From the NCBI RefSeq assembly GCF_036971445.1, contig NC_091482.1, positions 24,180,001 through 24,244,000 on the forward strand: DNA of 64,000 nucleotides, in the 5' to 3' direction. Positions 24,541 through 36,529 of this stretch are shown here, piece after piece. Below the pieces are notes generated by a model. The model saw nothing but the letters and a program-made list of their open reading frames with translations, ran no database searches and was not told where the DNA came from. The translations under genes were made by a program, and so were the position numbers. Every line of letters starts with the position of its first letter. The first letter of the stretch is position 1. The DNA is from Narcine bancroftii. Its lineage: Eukaryota.

Positions 24541-24692
24541 AGCCTTCATCACATGGCTAGCAAATGAAGAAACGATCCGTGTTTTTAAAATGATAAAAAA
24601 GGACGATGGTTCGTTCACATTTACCGCTGCACCTGAAGACTTCCCAAAGAGACACAAAGCCCCCATCGTGAACATTGGAATTGCAGAAACAG
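24541..24692 (+). CDS. TBL2: TBL2 coding exon 4
   Basis: Acceptor ctgaag|. AFITWLANEETIRVFKMIKKDDGSFTFTAAPEDFPKRHKAPIVNIGIAET. Donor G|GTGTAG, phase 1. Confidence 0.95.
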
Positions 24693-25196
24693 GTGTAGTT
24701 CGATTTTTAGAGCTCACCCATTGGCTGGCTTGTTTGGACAAGTTTCAACTAGTTCTTGATTAATATATCTACCTCCTATAGACATTTCGAATAATTTGTA
24801 AATTTTGTTCGGAAATATTATTCTTCTATTGCCAAAGGCTGTCTGTTGCATAAATAATTATTTCACATTCCACCCTCACCCCCCCCCCCCCCACCCCCCA
24901 CCAAACAAGCACTTGAATCTCCAAATCATTTTGGGCTAAATTCTGAATTGTGTGACAGAGATGTGAAATGACTTGCCATGCTTCCCTCCCCACAAGAAAT
25001 ATTGTCAATGCCAAATTGAAATTATTGATTTTTGGATTGGGAAATTGTATATGTTAACCATGTTGGGACTCTGCAACATTAGTGCATTGCAAGTTTGATT
25101 ACCCATTGCAATTCAACAGACAATCATCTGTGAATACTCTGAACAGAGAAAAATGTATATGGATCAAAATGTAATATGTATCTATTTCAATGTTAG

Positions 25197-25323
25197 GAAA
25201 GTTCATTATGTCTGCCTCCAGTGATACTACCATCCTCATCTGGGATTTGAAAGGAGAGGTTCTTGCTACAATTAACACTAATCAGATGAACAATGCTTAT
25301 GCAACTATATCTCCTTGTGGAAG
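25197..25323 (+). CDS. TBL2: TBL2 coding exon 5
   Basis: Acceptor tgttag|. GKFIMSASSDTTILIWDLKGEVLATINTNQMNNAYATISPCG. Donor AG|GTCAGT, phase 2. Confidence 0.96.
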
Positions 25324-25391
25324 GTCAGTGTCCTGCAGTTTTGCTATTTTCGTTTCTCAACATTGGGATTGCTGTGTTTAAAAACTCTTGA

Positions 25392-26036
25392 TACAGTACA
25401 TAATCTTTTATCTGAAACCCTTGGGACCAGACACTTTTTGGAAATGGAATTTTTCAGATAATAGAATAATAGCAACAGGATGTTAAGTGATTTCGCTGAT
25501 TTCAGATTTGCACGAAACAAAGACAGACTCCAACTAGAAGAGTCTCTGGACTGGGGGGGTGGGGGTGGCGGCAACGCTGGACGGGCAGGTGGTAAATGAA
25601 GTGAGATAAAGATAGACAAAATTACTAGTGTACTTTTTATTTTTAAGAAAAAAACTCTCTCAAGCTAAGCTAAACACCTGAAAATATGGTGATCATCATC
25701 TTCAGGTTGGAGTCTTTTTAAAGACTTCTTCCATTGTCATCGGGCTCCCGAGCAGGAGTGGGGACTGTAGTCAGAGACCAGCGGCGGCAATTGGGAGGTG
25801 TTGGGGACTGGCGGCCATCCACATTGAAAAATTCTGGGCAGGAGTGGGGACCTCGGGCTCCCAGCATGTCTAACTGGTAAGAGCAATGAGATAAGGAGCA
25901 GGACAGGGTTAGGTCGCGTTGGGTCACGTTTGGCGCCAAAAGCGAGCTTTGGCGTGCAGGCGACATCCATGGAAAAATATGTTCGGTTTTCGGAAGTTTC
26001 GGTTTTCAGAATTTCGGATAAAAGATTATGTACTTG
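25392..26036. mobile_element. Tc1/mariner-like MITE in TBL2 intron 5
   Basis: TIRs cagtacataatcttttatctgaaa and tttcggataaaagattatgtacttg; same TIR family as the element at 39927. Confidence 0.75.
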
Positions 26037-26044
26037 CGATTAAA

Positions 26045-27145
26045 AATACAGAAGTGCTGGAGGTACCCAGTACGTCTTGCAGTGTCAATAGATGATAAAG
26101 CTATATTACTGATGTTTCGGGCCTGAGGCCTTCATCAAGATATGAGAAAAAGCAGGCAGGCATCTGGATGAATACTGAGGAGAGAGAGAGAAAGAGGAGG
26201 AAGAATGATGGGAGAAGTACAGACCAACAGACAAAAGGTGATATTTGGATATAGAGAAGAGGCCATGAGAAAGAAAAGGTGAGAATTGATAGAGGGGAAG
26301 GGGAGGTTGGTTGGGGTAAATGTAGAGCTGTGGTAAAGGAGGCAAGGAAAGGAAAAAGGAGAGAGAGACAGAGCTACCGGAAAGGAGGGGTGATGAATGG
26401 AAACTGGAAAATTCAATGTTAACAGCATTTGGTTGGAGGGTGCCCAGATGGAATATGAGGTGTTGGTCCTCCAATTTCTGGGTGGTCTGAGTCTGGCAGT
26501 GCATGAGACCATGGATAGGCATGTTGGCAAGAGAATGGGACGGGGAATTGAAATGGGCTGTCACTGATAGATCTCCGCTCTTGTGGTGGAAAGAGCAGAG
26601 ATGCTGAACGAAGTGATCTCCCGTCTCCATCCAGTCTCACCAAGAAGACCGCAACGGGAGCACCGGATGCAGTAAATGACCCCTGCAGATTCACAAGTGA
26701 AAGTTTCTTTGGAGCACATCCTTTACTCACAGCATTAGGTGCCAAAGGAGTCATGGAGGGAGCGGTCTCTGCAGAAGGCAGAGAGGGGAGGAGCAGGGAA
26801 AATGCATAGTATGAAATGGCGGAGTATGAGCTATTGGATGCGAAGGGGAATTCTATCCTTGTGGCACAGGGGACCATGGCAGATATCTGGATAATGGAGG
26901 ATATAGGGGTGGTAGAGGGGAAGCCATGTTGTTTGAAGAAGGAGGACATCTCTAATGATCCAGTGTGGAAGACCTTGTCCTGGGAGCAGATGAATTGGAA
27001 GAATTGAGGAAAAGGGGGGCAGGGTGTGAAGAGGTGTAGTCCGGGTGGATGTGGGTAGGTTTGTAGAAGGGTTTGTCTCCAAAGGAGGAGAATGAGAGAT
27101 CGAGAATGGGGAGGGTGTTGCCAGAGAAGGACCATGTGAATTTGA
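26045..27145 (-). mobile_element. Penelope-like element fragment in TBL2 intron 5
   Basis: Minus-strand GIY-YIG C-terminal remnants (AHFNSPSHS..M.IHGL, LEDQHLIFHLGTLQPNAVNIEFS) and the terminal repeat motif. Confidence 0.8.
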
Positions 27146-27296
27146 GATCTAATCAAACAGCATTTCAATGCTAGTGTTCCTTGGCTGTGTAAGAACAATT
27201 GCATCACGTTTTCACATGCTTTCACTGTCATCACATCCTCCAAGGACTTGTACACCTTTTAATTCCATAGGTTATGGTTCATTTTCCTTTCTGCAG

Positions 27297-27449
27297 ATTT
27301 GTGGCCTCGTGCGGTTTTATAACAGATGTGAAGGTTTGGGAAGTATGTTTTAATAAATCGGGAGTGTTCCAAGAAGTGGTGAGAGCCTTTGATCTAAAAG
27401 GGCATTCAGCTGGGATTTACTCGTTTGCTTTTTCCAATGATTCCAGAAG
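27297..27449 (+). CDS. TBL2: TBL2 coding exon 6
   Basis: Acceptor ctttctgcag|. FVASCGFITDVKVWEVCFNKSGVFQEVVRAFDLKGHSAGIYSFAFSNDSR. Donor AG|GTAAGA, phase 2. Confidence 0.96.
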
Positions 27450-27684
27450 GTAAGACCTACTTTTTGTGACCTGCTACATTGGCCTTGATTAGAAATCCAG
27501 CTATATTTTGAAATCTTGCAGAAAAATAATCCATTTCACTAGCAATGAGGTCAATCGGCCTATATGAACTCTTGGTATGTAGCCTAGAACTGTGTATGTA
27601 CAAGTTGAATGATTTAAAAATATATATTTTCCTTGTATACCCATTAATAGTTTAGATTAAAATAGGGTAAAATTAAATTAAAAA

Positions 27685-27845
27685 AAAAATTTAGATGTAC
27701 AGCATAGTAACAGGCCCTTCCGGCCCACATGCCTGTGCCACCCATTTTGACCTATTTAACCTACAACCCTCGTACATTTTGAAATGTGGGAGGAAACCCA
27801 CATGGACACAGGGAGAACATATAAACTTATGGACAGTGCTGGATA
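27685..27845 (-). mobile_element. V-SINE, antisense, intron 6
   Basis: Reverse complement of the SINE body (gtgggaggaaacc...cagggagaac). Confidence 0.7.
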
Positions 27846-28367
27846 AACCTTCATTATTATAAGGATAATAATTAAGTAAGGGTGGCTAATTCCCCAGGGC
27901 TTGATGAATGGGAAGCAAAGGATGTGATAGCTGGGGTCCTGAAGGGTACTTTTGCATCTTTATTTGCCTTCATTAAGAGTTTTTAATGATAGATGGTTGA
28001 TATCTGGATTATGCTGCCAGAGGAGGTGGTAAAATCATATAAATCACGCATTTGGAGAGATGCTTGAATAGGAAAGTCAGAGAAGGATATTGATTTATTA
28101 AGGCCTAGTGTGTTAAGTGGACAAGACTTGGAGAGTTGAAGGGCCCAATTCTACGCTGCCCAACTCCGACTCAATAGTCTAAGTCCCCTTGTCCTCAACA
28201 GGAATATAAATAGAAACAGAGACCAGTGCCATAGCTATTAAATCATCTTTTTTGACTATTATCGAAGGTGGTGGGATTAAAAATTGGTACAGGATCTTAG
28301 TTTAAATTGTATACAAGGGCAGGTTATGGCATTTTGTATTGGATCTGAAATACAATTGCAAACAGAA

Positions 28368-28620
28368 GCACAGTTGGCGCAATAGTAAGTGCAACGCCTT
28401 TACAGCGCCAGCGATCGGGACCGTACAGGGATTTGAGTCTCGCGTTGTCAGTAAGGAGTTTGTACATTCTCCCCATGTCTTGGTGGGTTTTCTCTGGGGG
28501 CTCCGATTTTCTCCCACCATTCAAAAACATAATGGGGGCGTGGGTTATGGGGTGTAAATTGTGGCACTGACTCATGGGCCGAAATGGCCTTATACCATGC
28601 TGTATGCCTAAATTTAAATT
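28368..28620 (+). mobile_element. V-SINE, near full length, intron 6
   Basis: A-box-like gttggcgcaatagtaag, B-box-like gggatttgagtct, V-domain, tail gctgtatgcctaaatttaaa. Confidence 0.8.
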
Positions 28621-29334
28621 GTCGAGATATTTGTATGCAACTGTATCCCTTTAAAGTTTTAAGAGCTTGGAGTGTAGAAGAGAAAGAGGCTGAGAAGTGA
28701 TAGGGGAAGAGTTCATTAAACTAAGAAGGGTAGGGTCACCATTAGTCCTTTGCACTCTCCCCACCACTTTAGCTAATTTTGCAGATGGGTGCCTGAAAAT
28801 GATTTTTAGAAGGAAACATAACATGTAAATGACACGGATGACAGTTGTAAATATTATTGTATTAAATAGAGGTGGATAAATAGATTACAGAAAGATCTAA
28901 ATTATTGTATCATAGGTGTTTGTAGATGTACACAGTCTAATAAGTAAGATGGCTGAGCTGCAGGCACAAATCACCACATTAAAATTAGATATGGCAATAA
29001 CCAAGACCTAGCTCAGGAAAGGAAACAGTTGATTGAGAGGAAATATAGAAGTGTGTTCAAATTCAACAAGGATCCAGATAGTAAACAAAACTTGGCAGTA
29101 GGTTTGAAAGCCAAAAGGCACAAATTTAAGATAACTGATTTAAAAAAAAATATAGAAAATACTCTAAATTCTGTTTTTTCTTGCTTTGGATAAGAGAATT
29201 AGCTTGACACAAAAACAAACCTTGTAGGGAGAATGAATAAAGATAGATGAGACTAATGTTCTATTTACTGCCACAAGTTTGAGCACATTACAACTTTGAG
29301 TTCATTTCTAGTTGGCTACTTACACTTCTCGTAT

Positions 29335-30033
29335 CAGTTGGTTATAAAGCAAGATTTGTAAGGTGGCAACAAATTTTATTGTTGAAGTCAATGAGATCTC
29401 CGAAAAAATAAATTTTTGCTTGTGATTTGGAAGTATTAACTGGTTGGGTAAATGACACTGGGAACAATTTTTTTCCAAAAAGTCGGCTTCTTGAAAAGAA
29501 ATTTGGAATTATGATAGACAACTTCAAGCTGAACACAAAAATAATTTCAGATTTGCTGTATCACGTAGGAAGATGGAAAAACATGAAATTAACCTTTATT
29601 GAATTTAGCAGGTTTGATCGGCCATTGACGCTGACTCATTGCGTTAGTTCAACTGACCTAAAAATGATTTGCTGCTGATATTCGTTTGTACTCAGCATCT
29701 GATGCCTCTCATGTCAGTGTCAAACACTAGTCGGCCAGCACTGATGGGTTCCAGTTGCCCTGACACCGCTTTTCCGCGGTCACAATGTCCTGATGAAATC
29801 TTTCGCCAGGTTCGTCATTGCACCAAGATCAGCGGGGAAGATGTCCAAGTACGAATGCAGAAAATGAATTTTCAATGACATGATACACTTCATGGTTTTG
29901 TAGGCTTGAAGTGGATTAAAAAAAATAGGTTATATCTAACAAAAATTTTGAAGTGATTTTTTTGATCAGCAGCCCCAAAATCCATAAAATACACCCAGAA
30001 GTGCTCAGGACGCAAAATCTTTGTTATCCAGTG
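29335..30033 (-). mobile_element. Chapaev3-like (CMC superfamily) non-autonomous DNA transposon with transposase C-terminal remnant
   Basis: Minus strand 29690-29895 reads MSLKIHFLHSYLDIFPADLGA / DEPGERFHQDIVTAEKRCQGNWNPSVLAD. Terminus CACTGGATAACAAAG on the minus strand at 30033; left end unclear. Confidence 0.7.
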
Positions 30034-30169
30034 TTATTGGTTTGTAGGCTAACCTATTTTTTTTTAATGGAAATTAGTAATTAGCTAGAATAGTTCAATC
30101 TAGTCTCAAAGATTGTCTTAAATAAATACAGACTATAATGATTAAAGTTGTTCATTGTTTCTTGGATAG

Positions 30170-30626
30170 AATGGCAACAATTTCAAAAGATGGCACCTGG
30201 AAGCTGTGGGACACGGATGTTCAGTATAAACAGCAGCAGGACCCATACTTGTTGTTGACGATGAAGTGTGATGTTTCTGATTCCTGCCGAATCGCTCTTT
30301 CTCCTGATGCCAGGGTGGTAGCTATCTCCAATGGTTTCAATATCACGGTGCACAATGCCAAAACGGGCAAGCAGGAGGAAGAATATGTAAATGTGCACGG
30401 GGAGGAGATTGCTGACTTGGCTTTTGATATCAACAGAAGGTTTTTGGTTTCCTGTGGTGATCGTGCTCTCCGGGTCTTCCACAATGTGGTTGGTTACCGT
30501 GCAGTTATTGATGAAATGGAAGGCGGACTAAAGAAAGCAACAACCAATGCAATGCGAGAGAGGTTGCAGCTACAGATTGATAGTGCAAAGAATGCGTTGG
30601 ATGCATTTTGTACAAAGAAACAATAA
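30170..30626 (+). CDS. TBL2: TBL2 last coding exon (exon 7)
   Basis: Acceptor cttggatag|. MATISKDGTWKLWDTDVQYKQQQDPYLL...RFLVSCGDRALRVFHN...LDAFCTKKQ, then TAA. Exon lengths sum to 1314 nt = 437 aa + stop. Confidence 0.96.
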
Positions 30627-31983
30627 CACTGCCACAAACAAGGTTGCCTTCCATTTCCCGTGATTCTCTGAAGGCTCAGATGAATGTGTGTAACCTTACT
30701 CTAAGATATGCGATATGGCCAGTTTTCCTTGGCATTAAATTCCAGGTATCAGTGAAAGAACTGATCAAGAATCACTGGAATTGATGCCCAGGACTCAAAC
30801 TTGACCTGTTTTGGGTGGAGCAGACTATCTACCACTGAGAATTTATACATTTTCAGACTTTGTCTTGGTCTTTCATTATTTTGGTTCACTGCAGCAATTG
30901 TCAGCTTTGTGGATTGGTTGTGCATTCATTTTGGAAATTGAGAATCCTGTGAGGACTTTTGAATTATTGACAATTGGTTTTAATTCTGTATTCAAGTGAT
31001 GAATGTCCAAGATGTAAAATTGTGTTGAAACCATCATTATTTTTATACATCAAAGCCAAATGTTTCAGATGTGCAAACTCAAAATCGAAAGAGCAAACAC
31101 GTAATTGGTGAGGATAGTTGAGAATTTAACTAACCTGACCAGCTAAACTTTTTTAGGTTTGTGACCTTGTTGCCCATCATTGCATCTCTGGTCTGTACTG
31201 ACAAAGGTGCTACATAGAATCTTTGTATAGTAGCAGGAAAGTATTTCACACCACTTTAGAAATATTGCTTCATTTGTATGATTTAATGATGCTTTTTGGT
31301 CCTTAATTGTAAGTTTCTTCATATTTGTGGCTTGAAGTTTTTGGAATTTGTTCAGTGCCACTGTTTGTGCGCAGTGAAATTATTAATTTTGGTAATGAAA
31401 TAATTAGTCATCAAGAAGCAGCAACCTTTGGTCTCTGAGTGCAACTAAGTTTAAGTAAGTATTTTGTTTGATTTTGGAGGGATACATATGTGGGACCCTA
31501 TGACTTGGACACAATAATAAAGGATAGTCTTAACTCTGCTTTTAATGAAAGATTTCAAAATTTGTGCTGTTACTTAACACAGCAGTTACAGCAAGCTGCC
31601 TCTGCAGTTTCCCAGAGAATAAACTAAATGTGATGGGCTCAATGCCCATTACTTTGCACGAGGAGTGCCAGGAAGGTGGTTGCATACTGGAAATTCACAA
31701 TGTGATTAAGTCCTCACTTTCATGTAATCAAACACGCTGTTGGCCTTTTGCTGCATTTTTATCTGTGTTTCTGCTTTTTATACCCCCCCCCCCCACCCCC
31801 CCCCCAACATTTCACTGACTGGCACTTCCTACAAGCAAATGTGGTTGGTCTGCAGTCAGGACATGCCTGTTGTAAACTGCATGCAACACCGATAGAATGC
31901 AATCTTGCGTGACACCTTTCTTTGCTGGTTCGTCAACGAAAAAATAATTTCCAAGTAGGCTTGTGATTTTATTGTTAGCATAC

Positions 31984-32330
31984 TCACTGACAAAAGGCAA
32001 AGGAGGAAAAACCCAACACCCAACCCCAACCAACCAATTTTCCCCTGCAACCGTGTCTGCCTGTCCCGCATCGGACTTGTCAGCCCCAAACGAGCCTGCA
32101 GCTGACGTGGACATTGCCCCTCCCTAAATCTTCGTCCGCGAAGCCAAGCCAAAGAAGAAGAAGAAGAAAGACAAAGGAGGAAAAACCCAACACCCAACCC
32201 CAACCAACCAATTTTCTCCTGCAACCGTGTCTGCCTGTCCCACATCGGACTTGTCAGCCACAAGCGAGCCTGCAGCTGACGTGGACATTGCCCCTCCATA
32301 AATCTTCGTCCGCGAAGCCAAGCCAAAGAA
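31984..32330 (+). mobile_element. Two head-to-tail short RTE 3' ends
   Basis: Two copies of about 165-180 bp (31984-32165 and 32168-32330), each ending cgcgaagccaagccaaagaag; first copy has a (GAA)n tail. Confidence 0.88.
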
Positions 32331-33610
32331 GTTAAAACTGAGGGGGGTGCCGGCGAGGGGAGGAAATTGACCCCTGTTCTTCTCCACTGAAGTATTTTGG
32401 TGTGTGGTCATTAGCAACAAAATTATACGCTGCAAGTTCCCACAAACAATTACGTTATGTTAATTGAAGGATATCATTCGGGTAGGGTATCGGGGATGAT
32501 GGATGGTCTTTTAGAGAGTGCTGTGGAATCTGAGGAAAGAGACTTAGTTTAATGACGTCTGGAAAAACTCCACCTCCGATAGATAACACAGCACTTCCTT
32601 GCCTCTGTGTTGTATTTTTGTGCTCCAGACTCGAAAGTGGGGCTTAAGACTAAGAATACCAACAAAGTCACATCTGGTGTGTATTCATACAATATTTTTA
32701 TTTTGTATTTCTTATTTGTTTTGTTTATGTCTGGACATTTGTGATTGGCTTTATAGCTACCTTCACATTTTGCAGTGCTACTTTTTCTTTAGTCCTTTGA
32801 CCAAAATTGGTGCTGGAAATGCAGTGTATTTAGAACCACGTAAAATTTCCATTTAATTTTGATGGTCTTGTATGATGAGTTGTAATTGAATCAGGCTTCA
32901 TAATACCAGGGGCAGTGTTTGTGGTCATGTTTCTTCCAACAGCATTAATTGTATTTGGGCCAACAGCAGGTGGAAACACATATCAGTTCACATTGCCTTA
33001 AATAACAAAGCTATTTCCTAGTGACAGCTGTGATCAACTGTGTTTTAGTTAATGAGTATATGATGCCTCCATCTTCAGCCTTCTGCTGACCCAGAGTCGA
33101 GCAGCATGCTTTGCTGTGGCAGCCAGAAGTCGTAGTGGCAGTCCAATTTGTCGAAACAAAAGTAGGCCAGCAGACTGATTTTACTGCATTATATCTATTT
33201 TATTGTATTGAGAGCTGCCGTGGCAGTGTACAAGTGTACACTGCAATTAAAAACAGTAAAGACACTGGGTTTGAGCCCATCTGTCGCTCACACTTGGGCC
33301 ACATGTTAGTCCAGCAGTCCCTCTTGCACAGAGGATAAAGTAGGCTACAGTTCTCCACTCTGCAGCCCTTCTATGTCGTGAAGCAGGCTGAAATTCACAA
33401 CCAGGCCTTGGGCAGCAGAACTTGAAGCTCAAAACACAGTATTTCCCTGATGGGTTTTGGCAGCTAGCTTGCTGTCATGCTCTTTTGCTGGTTGTAAATG
33501 TTACAGCTATTCAGAGAAAATTTAAGAACTGTTTAAATAGATTAAATAACTTGAAAATAGATATTTAAATTTTTGTTTTCATTTATGGTTTTTGTATTTT
33601 GACTATGTGG

Positions 33611-33616
33611 AATAAA
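33611..33616 (+). terminator. Candidate TBL2 polyadenylation signal
   Basis: AATAAA preceded by T-rich, 3'UTR-like sequence. Alternative AATAAA signals at 31516 and 31618; the real site cannot be determined from sequence alone. Confidence 0.3.
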
Positions 33617-35199
33617 GAAAGATAAAACTTAACCTGGACTTTTTAAGAAGCACAAGGCTCGAGAAACTAGCAAGTCATACAATGCACTTTATATAGCAAA
33701 GATAAAGTTACATGACAATGTGCCCTTCCATTGCATTGTTAGTGTGAAAGCTGAAGGGCCAGATAGGTTTGTGTTTGCTTCTTCAGCTTGCTACAATCCA
33801 ACTCCCTGTGAGTCCAGCGTTGGAACAGAAGGTCAGGTGTGCCAGTGCAACTCCGGCTTTCTCAGTGCACAGATGCAGAAGCTGAAAATGTGCTGAATGT
33901 CGGAAGCAGCTGCTGTCCATATTGGAGTGTGAGCCAATGCAATGGAACTTGCAGTAAAGTGCAAGCTGGAGCAGATAATTTATAGAAAAATGTTTTGCAA
34001 AATGGTCATGAATGTGAAAGGTTCTTGCAATAGGTGATGGAACTTGAATTTAAAATAAAATTAGATTGTTTGAGTATATTTCTTTGTGAAATATTTCCAA
34101 TTCTACAATTTCACAGTATATAATGGTAAAGATTTTAATCCAGATTATTCTTAAAATATGGATTTGTAATCTATATTAATTGGAATTTCAAAATGATCTA
34201 AAGAAAGTGATGTAAAGTGTAGAAATGCCATTGCCATTTGGGGAGTGACAGGATACCACAGAGACCAATGAGAAAAGGGACTTTTTTATATATTGGTAAG
34301 GCCCAGCTTGTTGGTGGTGCAGAATATTCTCTCTACTACCCAGCTCTATGCTCAGTGTCGTATCTATGGAACACAGCATTTTGTGTAAAGTTCTGTATAG
34401 GGATGTGATAACGCTTCAAGATCCTAAAATAATTAGATAATATTGTTATTAATTTCCTTTTTGTGGTTGAGAAAAGAGTGGCCTTGCACAAAGAAAGTTG
34501 AACACTACTGGATGGTTTCTACACCATTCACATGCACTGCATGTTGGCATTGATAAATTGACAGTGAGGCTAGAAGAAGATTAAAGGAGTGATTGTTGCA
34601 TGCCTTTGAGGTTTTTTGTTTTCACTGATGCCCTGACTAGCAATGTTTGTCTAGACCGTTTGATTTCATTGATTCTTTTTGTGTAAATCATCAGTTGTAC
34701 TGTGACCCTTTACATCCAAATGATCACAGCTGGCACTTTAGGTTCTTTTCATTGTTCAATTGAATGACATATTTTGCATGTGGTAAGGAGCTGGCTTTTA
34801 TTCCAATTGACATTACAGCCTGGAAGAGATCCATTTTGTTCAGGTCTTCAGGTGCTTAAATGAGTTGAACTTCACAAGTACTGGACCAACCGTGCAATAA
34901 TACAGTGGGTACTTGTTTTAACAGCTGTAAGCAGCATCCAAGTGAGAGTGTCAAAGAATTTGAAATTGTTAAACACTTCATGGTCCAGGTTGTGAGATGT
35001 AAAGCTGCTCTAGATTTCCAGCAGAGGTTTGATATTGACCAGCTAATGAAGGCAGCAGCCCAGTAAAGGCCCAGAGGCAAACAATGTTGAACCCAGTTCT
35101 TCAGCATCATTGAGAAAACAGCTGAGGGGAAGATGTCCTTGTATCAAGTTTTATCTGATGACTGCAATCAAAAGGAATGAAACACCATCTCTAGCAACA

Positions 35200-36285
35200 C
35201 TCTCCCTTTTCTCGATCTTTCTTTTCCATCACAGAAGACAAACTCAGCAGACATCTATAAACCTACTAACAACCTCGACTGCACCTTTTCACACCCAGTC
35301 CCATGTAAGGATTCAATTTCTTTCAATTGCTCCATCACATTTGTTCTGAGGATGAGGTCTTCCATGCCAGATCATCAGGTCCTCCTTCAAACAACATGGC
35401 TTTCCCTCTACCATCAACTAGATGCTCAGATGCATATCCTCCATTACTACACCTGCCATGGCCCCCTCTGCCCCTATGCACAATAAGGACAGGATTCCCT
35501 TTGTTTTCACCTATCACCCCACCAACCTTTATGACCAACATATCTTCCTACCTACTATGTGATAACATCACCAGATGCATTTTCCTCTCTCTTCATGGCT
35601 CTGCCTTCTGCAGAGATGGCTCCATCCCCATCAGTCATCCCTTTGGCACCTACACCTGTGACTGGAGGAGATGTTCCACTTGTGCCTCCACCTCCTCCCT
35701 CACCACCATTCAGGATCCCAAATGGTCCTTCCAAGTGAAGCAACACTTGTGAATCTTCAGGAGTCATCTACTGGATTCGGTGATCCTATTGTGGTTTCTA
35801 CATCAGAGATACTGGGCGCAGAATGGGAGATTGCTTCATTGAGCATCTTGGTTCTGTCTGCCACAATAGAGAGTATCTCCCAGTGGCCATCCATTTCAAT
35901 TCCCCATCCTATTCCTTGCTGACATGTCTTTCCATGGTCTCATTCACTGCCAGTGTGCGACCACCCGCAAATTGGAATCTTGACTTCTCTGGTTTTGGTT
36001 TAACCCTCCCCATCTTCATCTTCTGTTCTCTCTCTCTCTCTCCTCTCACAAAGCCAAAATTAATTCTCACCTTTCCACTTACCATGTGCAATTAACACTT
36101 TTGTATGTTGGTCTGGACCCCTCTCCTTCCCATTCTTCCTGCTTTCTCTCCCCTTTATTCAGACGCCTGCCTGATTTTTTGCTTATACCTTGAAGGACTC
36201 GGGGCCCCAAAACATTGGTTATTTACCTCTGTGAAAGTTGTGAGGCGAGCTGAGTTCCTCCAGCATTTGTGTATTTTTTTTTACT
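35200..36285 (+). mobile_element. Penelope-like element fragment
   Basis: HICSEDEVFHARS, SFQVKQH, LPVAIHFNSPS motifs; terminal ctgagttcctccagcatttgtgt. Confidence 0.78.
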
Positions 36286-36529
36286 GCAACCACAAAGGGT
36301 CTGTCTGCAATAATTATGCAAAAAAAAAGACCATTTATCAACCGTTTGTTTGAAAGTGAATCAAGACCATGGCAAATGTTACCAAACTGTCTGAAGAATA
36401 GTAAGATGCACATGGACTAGTAACCTGGATGTACTGATAGAGTTGAAACAAACTTGGAATTTACAGGAGTTTCCAGAGAAGAAAAGAACAATAGTGTTGT
36501 GCATAAGATGTCTGAAAATGATGGTAATA

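Noticed and set aside
28368-28445. tRNA gene
   Set aside because: The A/B-box-like head continues into a V-SINE body with no cloverleaf; it is a SINE.
30612-30626. C-terminal TKKQ as a dilysine ER-retrieval signal
   Set aside because: The lysines are at -3/-2, not the canonical -3/-4 or -3/-5.
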